This document shows positions 10,899 through 21,707 of a stretch of 64,000 bases of DNA, piece by piece. Location of the stretch: contig CBDBCZ010000019.1 in NCBI GenBank assembly GCA_965203295.1, positions 1,440,001 through 1,504,000 on the forward strand. Reading direction: 5' to 3'. The notes under the pieces were generated by a model that was not told where the DNA came from, did not search any database, and worked only from the letters and a program-made list of their open reading frames with translations. The position numbers and the translations under genes were made by a program. The stretch's first letter is position 1. Each line of letters begins with the position of its first letter. The DNA comes from Nitrospirales bacterium (GTDB taxonomy: Bacteria; Nitrospirota; Nitrospiria; Nitrospirales; UBA8639).

Positions 10899-11786
10899 AT
10901 GGATCGAGAGAGTGGTGACAGATTGGTGGCAAGAAAGATGTGGCCTAGATGCATTTTTTGCGATGTGTTTGATACGAAAACAGTATTGAGTGGAGATGGA
11001 GCCAACGTTGTTATCTGCCGTCGATGTGGTCATTGTTATTCGACGTTTCAAAGCCATCCAGATTATGCCGATTATTTTGGCGATGATGTTCCAAAGAGTT
11101 CATACGAACAGCAACGCATTCATTGGGGAATAGCACGTTATCATGTGCATGATACTTTGCTGAACTTCCTTGCGGCACGAGGCAAAAGCGTTTTGGATGT
11201 CGGCTGCGGTCTGGGGTACTTCGTCAAACGAGCCTGTGAATGGGGGGCAGTGGCTCAAGGTTGTGAACTGTCTGCTGCTGCCGTGCGGTACGCCCATGAT
11301 GTACTCAAATTGACTACAGTGCACCATGGGCGAGTAGAGAGCCTTGGGTTCAAACCATCAAGCTTCGATATTATTACCCTTTGGGATATTATTGAACATC
11401 TCATTGATCCCGTCGAGATACTCATATGCGTGCGTGAGCTTCTGCGTGAAGGAGGAACACTTTTTATTCAAACACCCAATGTATGATTTCAATTGCTGAA
11501 TGGGCGCTTAAAGCAGCTTGTGGGAATCGAAAATTCAGATCTCATGGAGTCGCGTGACCATATGAATAATTTTTCCCGGCAGACTTTGACACAGTTACTG
11601 CGTGGTGCGGGATTTCGACACATTCAATATCATGTTCTTCCTCTAATAGATAGCATGGGACTTAACCGTTCTCGAAGTCTTATTGCCATGAAGCGTCTTT
11701 ACGTCATCATGAGCAAGGCGCTCTATCATGTTTCGGGTGAGAATCTAATGGCCTCAAATACATTGCATGCCTTTGCGAGGCTCTGA
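10899..11786 (+). pseudogene. Class I SAM-dependent methyltransferase with in-frame TGA
   Basis: CxxC...CxxC N-terminus, LDVGCGLG, WDIIEH, TPNV then TGA at 11484-11486; same frame continues to 11786. Confidence 0.82.
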
Positions 11787-11857
11787 GTCCTGCATCTGGT
11801 CAACACCCTATCGCCAGTCAATTTTCTTCCAGACATCGTGTAGACGTAAACAACATC

Positions 11858-12973
11858 ATGTCGATGCCTCGAATTAAATACAATCCTCCGTTTACGCAAT
11901 ACGTTATGAAACAGGGCATTCTCAGGAAGCATCCATTTGGACTGATCGATGTCTGGGCAAGTGGTGGGATTGAGCAGCACTGGCAAATCTTTGGGAGCTC
12001 TCTAGTCGCCTTTGGGTTCGAACCATTAATAGCTGAGACAGAGCGTCTCAATGCCACGAAATGGAGTGAGAAGATTGTTTACGTGTGTAGCAAAGTCACC
12101 AGCCCTCACAGTTCGATTCACAAGCATGGTCAAAATGTCTACATCGATGAGGATCTCAAAAGTAATTTTCCGGAGTCTCGCTCAAGTGCTAGGCGTATCA
12201 TGTCTTACTTGAATTATGTAAAGTCAAAGTTTGATCCAAGTGGTACAGGGACAATGACAGAAGACGAAATCACGATTGATCAATTCTTTTTAGATAAGCC
12301 ACATGTGGATGTGGATTTCATCAAAATTGATACGGATGGACATGATTACTTCGCTTTATGTGGTGCGGAAGACACCCTTTCTCGATCCTCAGTTCTGGGT
12401 GTATGTATCGAGACTCAATTCCACGGTCTGGTGGACAATCATGCCAACGTGTTCAACGATATTGATCGGTTCTTAAGAGCCAGAGGTTTTTCACTTTTCG
12501 ACATTGAGGTGTACCGATTCAGTCTGGCCGCGTTACCAAAACCATTTGTCTATAATCTTCCAGCCAAGACGCATGGAGGACAAGTTCTATGAGGTGATGC
12601 GCTTTATTTGCGTGACGCAGGTGGTCCTTATGATGAGAGCATGTGGAAAACCAATTTAACTCCACACAAAATCGTCAAGTTGGGATGCCTCTTTGAAATC
12701 TATGGCCTAGAAGATTGTACGGCAGAGCTATTGTGCAGCAAACGAAAGCACATTGAACAATTAATCGACGTCGACCATTGCTTGAACTTGTTGACCCCGA
12801 GGTTGAAGGGGAGAAAAATGACATTTGAAGAATACAACACAAGGTTTGAGCATCGTGTAGAGGATTGGTTTCCAAAGGTCGGTGGTCGAATATCTCAAAT
12901 CATGAGGGAAGGGCGTACATGGGGTGTTCTCAAGCGAATGATTAAGGCATTGGAGACACGCATTCATGCATGA
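11858..12973 (+). pseudogene. FkbM-family methyltransferase with in-frame TGA
   Basis: IDVWASGG, GFEP, FIKIDTDG; GQVL*GDALYLRD with TGA at 12590-12592 where Trp is expected. Confidence 0.82.
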
Positions 12974-12979
12974 ATCTCT

Positions 12980-13963
12980 ATGGCTCTAAGAAGCGTCGCA
13001 AGTCTCTTGATGCGAGTTTTCCCCATTTGGTTCTGGAAAAGGATAAGACCATGGTTGGTACGTATTCGTTCGCTTGATTGGTATCCGGGATGGTCATTTG
13101 GTTCCAGTGAATCTGTCGGATCGGTTCTATACCGACTGCGACAGTTGCTTTGGTCTCAGTGTGCTGCCAAACGACAAGAGGTTTCCTTTCCAGTTCAGTG
13201 GTATGATGGGCTGCAGGTTCAAATGCGTCTTAGTAATGATTTTAGCTTATGCTTCTATGTTGCTGGCAACTATAAACCTAACGAGTTCATGCTGCTAGCT
13301 AAGATTCTGCATTCAGGCATGATCTACATCGATGTTGGAGCGAATGACGGCCTGTATACATTGTTTGCATCTAGAAGGGTAGGGTCTTCAGGGCGAGTCT
13401 TCGCACTTGAACCAAGCTCTAGAGAGTTACGCCGACTCAAAGACAATATTCAGCTCAATAGGATAGAAAACGTTCAAGTTCTTCAGGGCGCTGCATCTGA
13501 CCGAAATGGTCTCGGGTCATTGCGAGTTGCCGGATTTGGGCACGAAGGACATAACACGCTTGGTGACTTTGCATACGATACTGAAGAGCAAAAGGTAGAA
13601 ACCGTTGATCTGCTCACCCTTGATAGCTTGTCAAGTCGTGAAGCATTGGAGCGCGTTGATATGATCAAAATCGATGCTGAAGAGGCTGAACTTGCAGTAT
13701 TACTAGGGAGCCAGGAGATTCTCAAGACCTATCGTCCCGTGATCCAATTTGAGTTGCTCGAAGCGGCGTTGAGTCATCAAGACACAGGTCGTGAGGAGGT
13801 GTGTGCGTTCTTGAGGTCGTTTGGATACTCTTTCTACATCTTTGGACCTCTTGGAAGACCTTTGCCTGTCGAACGGATTGAGATAGATGGGACAAATGTG
13901 ATTGCCGTTCATTCTGAAGACAAAGACATCATATCTTTGCTAGCGCGTTGCGCAGCAACGTAG
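12980..13963 (+). CDS. FkbM-family methyltransferase (open frame, motif substitutions)
   Basis: IDVGANDGLYT, ALEPS, IKIDAEEAE (family consensus is usually IDxEGAE). Confidence 0.85.
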   Translation: MALRSVASLLMRVFPIWFWKRIRPWLVRIRSLDWYPGWSFGSSESVGSVLYRLRQLLWSQCAAKRQEVSFPVQWYDGLQVQMRLSNDFSLCFYVAGNYKPNEFMLLAKILHSGMIYIDVGANDGLYTLFASRRVGSSGRVFALEPSSRELRRLKDNIQLNRIENVQVLQGAASDRNGLGSLRVAGFGHEGHNTLGDFAYDTEEQKVETVDLLTLDSLSSREALERVDMIKIDAEEAELAVLLGSQEILKTYRPVIQFELLEAALSHQDTGREEVCAFLRSFGYSFYIFGPLGRPLPVERIEIDGTNVIAVHSEDKDIISLLARCAAT

Positions 13964-14059
13964 ACGGCGAAAGTGAATAATGTGTAAAAATTTGAATTTC
14001 AGTTCATGGGCTCTGTCAGATGACGTTGGAATTCTTGCGACACGCAGGGTCCCTAAGTG

Positions 14060-14156
14060 CTCATGCCCGCAGTCGTCAGTGGGCATCCAGGGGTCTCTCT
14101 ACAAGACCTGGATTCCCGTTCCCTGCCTGCGCGAGGACAAGCTTCGCGGGAATGAC
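14060..14156. repeat. REP-like nested palindrome
   Basis: TCATGCCCGC...GGGCATCCAG spacer CTGGATTCCCG...CGCGGGAATGAC; same family as 8985. Confidence 0.72.
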
Positions 14157-14191
14157 CGAAATGAGAACGGGAATCATTACGGAATTATTTC

Positions 14192-15403
14192 ATGATGAGA
14201 GTGGCTCTGGTGCACGATTGGCTGACGGGGATGCGTGGAGGCGAACGATGCTTGGAAGTGTTTTGTGAATTATTTCCTGACGCTGAGATCTTTACGTTGT
14301 TGCACGCGAAGGGTACTGTTTCCCCAACAATTGAGAAACATCCTATCAGAACGAGTTTTGTCCAACATTTGCCGTTTTCTGTCACCAAATATCGTTACTA
14401 TCTGCCTGTTTTTCCTTTTGCGATTAAGTCGTTCGATATCAAAAGATACGACCTTGTCATTAGCTCCAGCCATTGCGTGGCTAAAGGTGTCGCTATTCCA
14501 GATGGCACCTGTCACGTGTCTTACATTCACACACCTATGAGATATGTATGGGATCAGTACGATGCGTATTTCGCCAAGAGTCGGGCAGGCCTACTCCCAC
14601 GAATCATGATGGCTCTCTTGCGGAAGTGTCTTAAACGTTGGGATGTGTCATCAAATAACCGGGTCCATTACTTTCTTGCCAACTCGCAGCACGTGGCGCG
14701 GCGAATTGAGAGTTACTGGGGAAGAAAGACTACTGTTGTCTACCCGCCTGTGAATTGGCACGATTTTCAGGCTTCATCAAGAGATTTGGGGTACTATTTA
14801 ATCGTAACGGCATTAGCACCCTATAAGCGCGTTGATCTGGCAATTAACGCTGCTAATCGGATGGGGTTTCAGCTAAGAATTATTGGCTCGGGTCAGGAAG
14901 AGCAAAAATTGAAGAGCATAGCGGGCTCAACAGTGGAAATACTTGGCTGGGTCCCGGGCCACATGATCCGTGACAATCTCACGCATTGCAAGGCGTTACT
15001 TTTTCCTGGTGAAGAAGATTTTGGCATCGTGCCGCTTGAGGCCATGGCAAGCGGTAAGCCGGTGATTGCCTATGGAAAGGGTGGAGTTTTAGAAACGGTT
15101 GTGCCTATCAATCCTAATGACCCTAAGGAAAAAAGGCTCGAGTCTGGTCCAGAGATGGAATCAAGCACGATCTCAGGTTTTTCATCCTCCACGGTTAAAC
15201 CCCCTACAGGGGTATTCTTTTATGAACAGTCGGCTGAGGCACTCATTGATGCCATCAGTTTGTTTGAGAACCGCTGTCATGAGTTTGATTCGGAAGCTAT
15301 TCGCGCTCATGTGAAACCTTTTGACCTGGCCTTCTTTAAACACAGAATGCAAACACTGATTCAGGAACGATATGATGACTTTCATCAAAACCATCCACGC
15401 TAA
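14192..15403 (+). CDS. Glycosyltransferase family 4 (WbaZ-like)
   Basis: VHDWLTGMRGGE, HTPMRY, EEDFGIVPLEAMASGKPVI. Confidence 0.9.
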   Translation: MMRVALVHDWLTGMRGGERCLEVFCELFPDAEIFTLLHAKGTVSPTIEKHPIRTSFVQHLPFSVTKYRYYLPVFPFAIKSFDIKRYDLVISSSHCVAKGVAIPDGTCHVSYIHTPMRYVWDQYDAYFAKSRAGLLPRIMMALLRKCLKRWDVSSNNRVHYFLANSQHVARRIESYWGRKTTVVYPPVNWHDFQASSRDLGYYLIVTALAPYKRVDLAINAANRMGFQLRIIGSGQEEQKLKSIAGSTVEILGWVPGHMIRDNLTHCKALLFPGEEDFGIVPLEAMASGKPVIAYGKGGVLETVVPINPNDPKEKRLESGPEMESSTISGFSSSTVKPPTGVFFYEQSAEALIDAISLFENRCHEFDSEAIRAHVKPFDLAFFKHRMQTLIQERYDDFHQNHPR

Positions 15404-15473
15404 CACTTTATTGAGAATTTCTCAAAAGTCTCCTCAGGTACCTGTTCACCGAGGCCGTTGGTCATGACTTCGC

Positions 15474-17435
15474 TTATCTCACTTTGATACCTGGTTCCAC
15501 CTCTTCCGCCAGCGTCAAGAGGCCCTGAACTTCCTTGGTTCCAGCGGCTAATACCATCCCCTGTGATTCAATTCCCATCAGTTTTGCGGGTTTAAGGTTC
15601 GCGACCACAACAATGGTTTGACCGACTAATTGTTCAGGCTCGTATTTCTTCCCGATGCCCGCGACAATCTGTCGTTGCTCAGTCCCTAAATCCACCTGAA
15701 GTTTGACGAGCTTTTCTGATCGTGGAACACGTTCAGCTTTGAGAATTCTTGCTACCTTTAACTCAATTTTTTGAAATTCGTCGATTGAAATAAGCTCTTG
15801 CGTATCAGCTGAAGTCCCTTCGGTGAGTGACTTTTCTTTTTCCCCGGATTTGGAATCTGTCGCAGGGATTTTTGATTGTCCTTTTTCGTCTACCCTTGGA
15901 AACAATGCTTTCCCTTTGACCACCTGATTTCCCGGTACGAGCATTTCCCAGGTTAAATGTTTAGATAGAAGGGGATCCGAAAAGTTGGCGGTAAGGCCGA
16001 TTTGATGACCGATTTCCTTCGCTGCTTCGGGTATAAAAGGATACAAGGCTAAACAGAGATAATGTAAGGTTTCAGCGGAATTAAAAAGAACTGTGTCGAG
16101 TCTAGGCTGGTTTTCTGCAGATTTACCCAATACCCACGGTGCCGTTTTATCGATATATTGATTGCCGAGTTGAACCAATCCCCAAATGGACTCTAACGCT
16201 CGATGAAAGTCCAATCGGTCTGGACTCAGGTGGTATGGTAATTTTTCCTTGAGAAGTTGTTCCCCTGTGGATTTGAGTTCCATATCAAGATCCGTTTCTG
16301 TCTCAGGGTTAAGGGTAGGGATCACGCCTTTCGAAAAGCGTTGAATGAGCATGACCGTGCGACTCAAGAGATTGCCGAGCCCATTGGCCAAGTCGCTATT
16401 CAGCCTGCTCACCAACGCCTCTTGGGAATAGTCACCGTCCTGTCCGAATGGAATTTCCCGTAGAAGGAAGTACCGAAAAGCATCAGAACCAAATTGGTTG
16501 ACGACTGTCTGAGGATCGACCACGTTTCCTCGGCTTTTGGACATCTTTTCACCGTTCACGGTCCACCATCCGTGGGCAAAAATCGTCTGGGGAAGGAGAA
16601 ATTCGAGGGCCATTAAGATCGTAGACCAGTACACGGCATGTGTGGTGAGAATATCCTTGCCGACTAGATGAAGGGAGGCAGGCCAGAATTGTTGGAAGGC
16701 TGGCTTGGGTGTCAGATATTCAAGGGCTGAGACATAGTTCATGAGTGCATCAAACCAAACATAGGTGACATAGTTTGTATCAAAAGGAAGCTCGATACCC
16801 CATGAAAGGCGAGATTTGGGTCGAGAGATTGAGAGATCCTCTAATGGTTTCTGAAGAAAGCCAAGTACTTCATTGCAACGAGAAGTCGGCTTAATAAAGT
16901 CTGGATGGTTTTGAATGTAATCTTTCAGCGCATCTTGATATTGACTCATCCGAAAGAAGTAGTTGCTCTCACTCAATCGTTCTACGGAACGATTGCAGTC
17001 AGGGCAGAGGCCATTCTCAACATCTTTCTCCGTCCAGAATCGCTCATCGAAGGTGCAGTACCAACCGGTATAATCCGCGCGATAAATCAAGTTCCTGTCA
17101 TATAAGGATTGGAGATGCCGCTGGACAACGGTCTGATGGCCTGAGTCTGTCGTGCGAATAAACGCATCATTCTCAATGTGTATGTGTTTCCAAAGGTTGA
17201 TAAATTGAGGAGCGAGATTGTCACAGTGAGTTTTTGGATCGATGCCAGCTTTCGTAGCTGCTTGTTGGACCTTTTGCCCATGCTCGTCTAGCCCGGTTAA
17301 ATAGAATGTCTCTCGGCCTATCAATCGATTGTAACGTGCCAACACATCGGCGGCGATAGTGGTGTAGGCATGGCCAATATGTGGGATGTCGTTCATGTAG
17401 TAAATGGGGGTGGTGATATAAAATGTTGATGGCAT
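15474..17435 (-). CDS. metG: Methionine--tRNA ligase with C-terminal tRNA-binding domain
   Basis: HIGH, KMSKS, YVWFDAL, C-terminal OB domain (GIESQGMVLA). Confidence 0.97.
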   Translation of the reverse strand: MPSTFYITTPIYYMNDIPHIGHAYTTIAADVLARYNRLIGRETFYLTGLDEHGQKVQQAATKAGIDPKTHCDNLAPQFINLWKHIHIENDAFIRTTDSGHQTVVQRHLQSLYDRNLIYRADYTGWYCTFDERFWTEKDVENGLCPDCNRSVERLSESNYFFRMSQYQDALKDYIQNHPDFIKPTSRCNEVLGFLQKPLEDLSISRPKSRLSWGIELPFDTNYVTYVWFDALMNYVSALEYLTPKPAFQQFWPASLHLVGKDILTTHAVYWSTILMALEFLLPQTIFAHGWWTVNGEKMSKSRGNVVDPQTVVNQFGSDAFRYFLLREIPFGQDGDYSQEALVSRLNSDLANGLGNLLSRTVMLIQRFSKGVIPTLNPETETDLDMELKSTGEQLLKEKLPYHLSPDRLDFHRALESIWGLVQLGNQYIDKTAPWVLGKSAENQPRLDTVLFNSAETLHYLCLALYPFIPEAAKEIGHQIGLTANFSDPLLSKHLTWEMLVPGNQVVKGKALFPRVDEKGQSKIPATDSKSGEKEKSLTEGTSADTQELISIDEFQKIELKVARILKAERVPRSEKLVKLQVDLGTEQRQIVAGIGKKYEPEQLVGQTIVVVANLKPAKLMGIESQGMVLAAGTKEVQGLLTLAEEVEPGIKVR

Positions 17436-17523
17436 TGGAACCTTTTCTCCTCAAATAGCTAATCATAACAGGGTGCAAAGATAGACGAGACGCGTTGGAG
17501 GGGTATAAGAGAAGATCAAGCTT

Positions 17524-18540
17524 TTAGACCACGGCATTTAGAAGGGAGTCACGAAGTTTTAGGAAAAAGGTCTCCATGGCAAGTTGGATGTTGATATTCC
17601 GTCCCAATGATTGCTCCAAGGTCTGTAGTTCTTCCATAAGATTCACGAGGATTGACACGTTCGTTTGGGAGGCCAATTTCAGGATGGCCAATGATTGGGC
17701 CCTATTCATGATCATATCTTCCCGAGCTCCGATGCAAGTAAGGAGGACATCACGTAATCCAAAATAGATCCACGAGAGAGATTGGAGAATGTCTCCTTCC
17801 TTATGCAGCCGCTCCGCTATTTCAAATGCATCATGAACGGATTGAAGCTTGATTCCGGAAACAAGAGAAAAGAATTCTTGTTGTTTTTCGGATGCCTCAG
17901 AAAGGTTGGTGCCCAATGCCAGCCCTAATCTTCGTTCTGTTATCATTCTCAAAAATCGAGCATCTTCCAGTGAGATCTCCCTCTTCAGAATCAAGGCACC
18001 TTCAACTTGGTCTGTCGTTGGTGGGGTAAACCTGAAGGTGAGGCAACGAGAACGAACAGTCGCCGGGAGCAGGAAGGGTCGACTGGTAATGAGCAGGAAT
18101 AGACTGTGTGCTGGGGGCTCTTCTAACGTTTTGAGTAACGCATTGGCTGCACCAGAGGTGAGGCAATGGGCTTCATCAATTATACAAATCTTGCGATCAC
18201 AAAAAAGAGGTCGATAGATGACGTGATGTTCTAAGTCTCGAATCCGGTCAATTTTTATTTGTGGATTGGCTTTTTCAGCGTCCGGTTCAATGAACAGAAA
18301 ATCGGGGTGAATGCCTTGTTCTATTTGATGGCATGCCCGGCATTGACCGCAAGGATCCGGAGCAGAAGGGTCTTCAGGATCTTCACAGGCAAGGGCCTGA
18401 GCAAAGTGGATCGCGAGAAACTTCTTGCCAATTGAAGGTTCCCCTGAAAACAAATAGGCATGGGCAATGTGTCCTCTGTTGAGAGAAGCCCGGATCCAAT
18501 CTTTTGGTCCTTCGTGACCAATGATGTTACTGAAAGGCAT
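17524..18540 (-). CDS. holB: DNA polymerase III delta' subunit
   Basis: HAYLFSG, CGQCRAC, HPDF, ANALLKTLEEPP, TVRSRC. Confidence 0.93.
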   Translation of the reverse strand: MPFSNIIGHEGPKDWIRASLNRGHIAHAYLFSGEPSIGKKFLAIHFAQALACEDPEDPSAPDPCGQCRACHQIEQGIHPDFLFIEPDAEKANPQIKIDRIRDLEHHVIYRPLFCDRKICIIDEAHCLTSGAANALLKTLEEPPAHSLFLLITSRPFLLPATVRSRCLTFRFTPPTTDQVEGALILKREISLEDARFLRMITERRLGLALGTNLSEASEKQQEFFSLVSGIKLQSVHDAFEIAERLHKEGDILQSLSWIYFGLRDVLLTCIGAREDMIMNRAQSLAILKLASQTNVSILVNLMEELQTLEQSLGRNINIQLAMETFFLKLRDSLLNAVV

Positions 18541-18602
18541 ACAAGATTTCTCGTTTACAAGCTAGGGATCAAGAAAAGTCATTTCCATGTACCAGTATGA
18601 AA

Positions 18603-19307
18603 TTACGGTGCCTGTTGTATTCGAGTGAGAAACGGTTGTATTTTCAGGACAATGTCTTGGGAGATTGATTCAATTGAGCGACATCCATCAAGCTTGACGA
18701 TGCGACGTGAACAACTTCTGGCCAACGTGAGAAATCCTTTTCGCACACGTTCGTGAAAAGCTTTTGTTTCCTGATCAATACGATTTTGTCCAGAGGTTTG
18801 GCGACGTCGTGCTAATCCCTGGGTGACAGGAAGGTCTATGAGAAAGGTGAGGTCGGGAACCAGACCACCAGTGGCCAGCATATTCATCGTCTGTAACTGT
18901 TTGAGTTTGACACCCCTTCCATAACCTTGGTAAGCAAGAGTTGAATCAAAAAACCGATCACAGAGGACAATCGCGCCTCGCTTGAGTGCTGGGAGTAAGA
19001 CCTGGGTCACATGTTGCCTCCGACATGCCAAAATCAACATGGCTTCGCATTCAGGGGTGATCGATTCTTGTGACTGGACATGGGATACCGGATTAAGAAA
19101 CAGATTCCGGATTTCTTCGGCTAACGGTGTCCCCCCAGGCTCTCTTGAGACAACAACCGGATAGCCTTCCTTTCGCAGATGTTCAGCCAAGCGATGGCAT
19201 TGGCTGGTTTTTCCAGAACCCTCTATCCCTTCAAAAGTAATAAACAGCCCGACTTTGGAGGGAGAAGAAGACTTGAGTGTTGTTAACTTTTTGTGCCCGG
19301 ATCTCAC
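18603..19307 (-). CDS. tmk: Thymidylate kinase
   Basis: FITFEGIEGSGKT, REPGG, CDRFFDSTLAYQG. Confidence 0.95.
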   Translation of the reverse strand: MRSGHKKLTTLKSSSPSKVGLFITFEGIEGSGKTSQCHRLAEHLRKEGYPVVVSREPGGTPLAEEIRNLFLNPVSHVQSQESITPECEAMLILACRRQHVTQVLLPALKRGAIVLCDRFFDSTLAYQGYGRGVKLKQLQTMNMLATGGLVPDLTFLIDLPVTQGLARRRQTSGQNRIDQETKAFHERVRKGFLTLARSCSRRIVKLDGCRSIESISQDIVLKIQPFLTRIQQAP

Positions 19308-19401
19308 CTCAGAATCCTAATCTAAGTTGTTGAAATTCGCAAGAAAAGGCTTGAAGCAGCCCATTAATGCTTGTAACATCTCAAGCAGTGGGAATATCCT
19401 C

Positions 19402-20100
19402 TTGAAAGCTTTACGCCCCTTACTCAAACGCTACTTATTAACAGGCCTCTTGGTGATTACCCCTATCTGGGGTACCGTTCTCGTCCTGAAGACTCTCTTT
19501 GTGACAGTCGATAGTATTTTAGGCAACATGTTGGCGGAAGTCGTCACCGAAGATTATTATGTGCCAGGCCTCGGTATTTTGACACTCCTGGCCTTGATTT
19601 TTATCTCAGGAATGATGGCCACCAACATCATAGGTGGGCAAATTGTCAAAAAATGGGAAAATGTTCTAGATCGAGTCCCCATTGTGAGGGGAATCTATGC
19701 CACGTTGAAATCCATGATGGATATTCTTTCTTTTAAACAGCGTGAAAAATACAATAAAGTGGTGTTGATACAGTTTCCGAAAGATGGGCATTATTGTTTA
19801 GCTTTCGTTACTGGTGAGACACGCGAAGAAGTACAAGATTTGTCCGCTGAACCCTTAGTCCATGTCTATGTTCCCACGTCCCCGAACCCAACGTCAGGGT
19901 ATTTTCTGCTGGTGCCTGAGCGAGAAGTGATGGCTGTGGATTTAAGCGTGGAAGAGGCTATGAAGCTGATTGTCTCTGGGGGAATGTATTCTTCTGGCAA
20001 ATCCTCAGAAGCCCAAACTTTTACGATGCCTGAGTCATCGGAGCTAGGATCGCCACCCATTCGTGTCAAACCTGAAGAGGATGGATCAGTTCTCAAGTGA
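19402..20100 (+). CDS. DUF502 family membrane protein (start uncertain)
   Basis: LLTGLLVITP, VYVPTSPNPTSG, EEAMKLIVSGG. Confidence 0.85.
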   Translation: MKALRPLLKRYLLTGLLVITPIWGTVLVLKTLFVTVDSILGNMLAEVVTEDYYVPGLGILTLLALIFISGMMATNIIGGQIVKKWENVLDRVPIVRGIYATLKSMMDILSFKQREKYNKVVLIQFPKDGHYCLAFVTGETREEVQDLSAEPLVHVYVPTSPNPTSGYFLLVPEREVMAVDLSVEEAMKLIVSGGMYSSGKSSEAQTFTMPESSELGSPPIRVKPEEDGSVLK

Positions 20101-20124
20101 TGCGTGGTTGGGGGCAATGGTGAG

Positions 20125-21621
20125 ATGAAAAATGTGTCAGCAATAGTTATGGCCGCAGGGTTGGGTAAGCGCATGCGGTCAAAGCTTGCCAAAGTTCTTC
20201 ATCCGGTGGCTGGTCAGCCTATGATTTCTTATATGGCAACGTTAGCGAAAAAGGTTGCCGATTCAGAAGTTGTCATCGTTATTGGGTATCAAGCGGATCA
20301 GGTAGAAGCGTATTTAACCCAACTTCAACAAGATATTGGACCAATAAAAATCGCCAGACAAACTCGGCAGACTGGCACAGGCGATGCCGTAAAAAAAGCG
20401 AAGTCTTCTCTGAGGTACCCGTACAAGGCTCAAAGTCAAAAAATTTTGATTTTGAATGGCGATACCCCTCTCCTCACTCAACAAACTGTTCAACGATTAC
20501 TTGCTTGTCACGATCAGAAAAAGGCTACGATCACTCTTTTGACCGCTGACTTTGAAGAACCTCGCGGATATGGTCTAGTTATGCGTGGAAAACACAACCA
20601 CGTGCTCAAGGTGATAGAAGACCGTGATGCCACACCAGAGGAACAATCCCTCAAAGAAGTGAATGTCGGGACCTATGTGGTGGATAGCAACTTCTTGTTC
20701 CGCGCTGTGGAAAAACTACAGCCTCATAATGCTCAAGGGGAATATTACCTCACGGATATTATTGCGATGGCTGTCAGCCAAGGCTTAGCGGTTGTCGCAC
20801 AGAAGACGGAAGATCCGACAGAGTGTATTGGGATCAATACACGTGAACATTTAGCTCGTGCGGACGGACTCATGCGTCAACGAATTCGGAAACACTGGTT
20901 ACTCGAAGGCGTGATGATGGTTGACCCTGAAACGGTCTGGATCGATGCCGATGTCAGGATTGGACGTGATACGCAAATATATCCCCTCACCTTTTTAGAA
21001 GGAAGTACCGAAATTGGAGATGAATGTATTATCCGATCGGGTTGTCGAATAAGCGATAGTCGTATTCAAGATCGGGTAACAGTTGAAGATTTTTGTGTAT
21101 TGGAAGAAACCATCTTAGAGGAAGGGGTTTCGGTTGGGCCGTTTGCCAGAATTCGGCCTGGCTCCGTAGTGCGGGTAGGAGCTCGGGTCGGCAATTTTGT
21201 CGAGCTTAAGAAAGTTGATTTAGGAGCTGGATCGAAAGCGAATCATTTATCGTATTTAGGGGATGCAGAAATTGGCCAAGGAGTCAATATTGGTGCAGGG
21301 ACTATTACCTGTAACTACGATGGTTTCAGAAAAGAGAAGACGGTGATCAAGGATCACGTGTTTATTGGCAGCGATTCCCAACTCATCGCTCCGGTCACGA
21401 TTGGACAAGGAGCTGTGATCGCAGCAGGCTCGACCGTCACGCAAAATGTTCCAGATGATTCGCTAGCGATAGCTCGAACAGCTCAGATCAATCGTACTGG
21501 AGCAGCAAGTAGGCGGCGAGTGATCAACTCAGGTTCTCATGGGAACCTGCCGAAGAAGAAAAAGGCTTCACAAGTTGAGAAAAAAGGCAAGAATGTGGTG
21601 AGGCCTGGGAAACGGGGCTAG
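20125..21621 (+). CDS. glmU: Bifunctional UDP-GlcNAc pyrophosphorylase / GlcN-1-P acetyltransferase
   Basis: AAGLGKRM, EYYLTD, hexapeptide repeats, NHLSYLGD, NYDG; directly upstream of glmS. Confidence 0.96.
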   Translation: MKNVSAIVMAAGLGKRMRSKLAKVLHPVAGQPMISYMATLAKKVADSEVVIVIGYQADQVEAYLTQLQQDIGPIKIARQTRQTGTGDAVKKAKSSLRYPYKAQSQKILILNGDTPLLTQQTVQRLLACHDQKKATITLLTADFEEPRGYGLVMRGKHNHVLKVIEDRDATPEEQSLKEVNVGTYVVDSNFLFRAVEKLQPHNAQGEYYLTDIIAMAVSQGLAVVAQKTEDPTECIGINTREHLARADGLMRQRIRKHWLLEGVMMVDPETVWIDADVRIGRDTQIYPLTFLEGSTEIGDECIIRSGCRISDSRIQDRVTVEDFCVLEETILEEGVSVGPFARIRPGSVVRVGARVGNFVELKKVDLGAGSKANHLSYLGDAEIGQGVNIGAGTITCNYDGFRKEKTVIKDHVFIGSDSQLIAPVTIGQGAVIAAGSTVTQNVPDDSLAIARTAQINRTGAASRRRVINSGSHGNLPKKKKASQVEKKGKNVVRPGKRG

Positions 21622-21707
21622 AATCCTTACCTGCAATTGGAAATTTTCCGCCTCATTTTGTCATCCCCATGGACTGATGATACAAACATGAATATGTAGG
21701 GACAACT

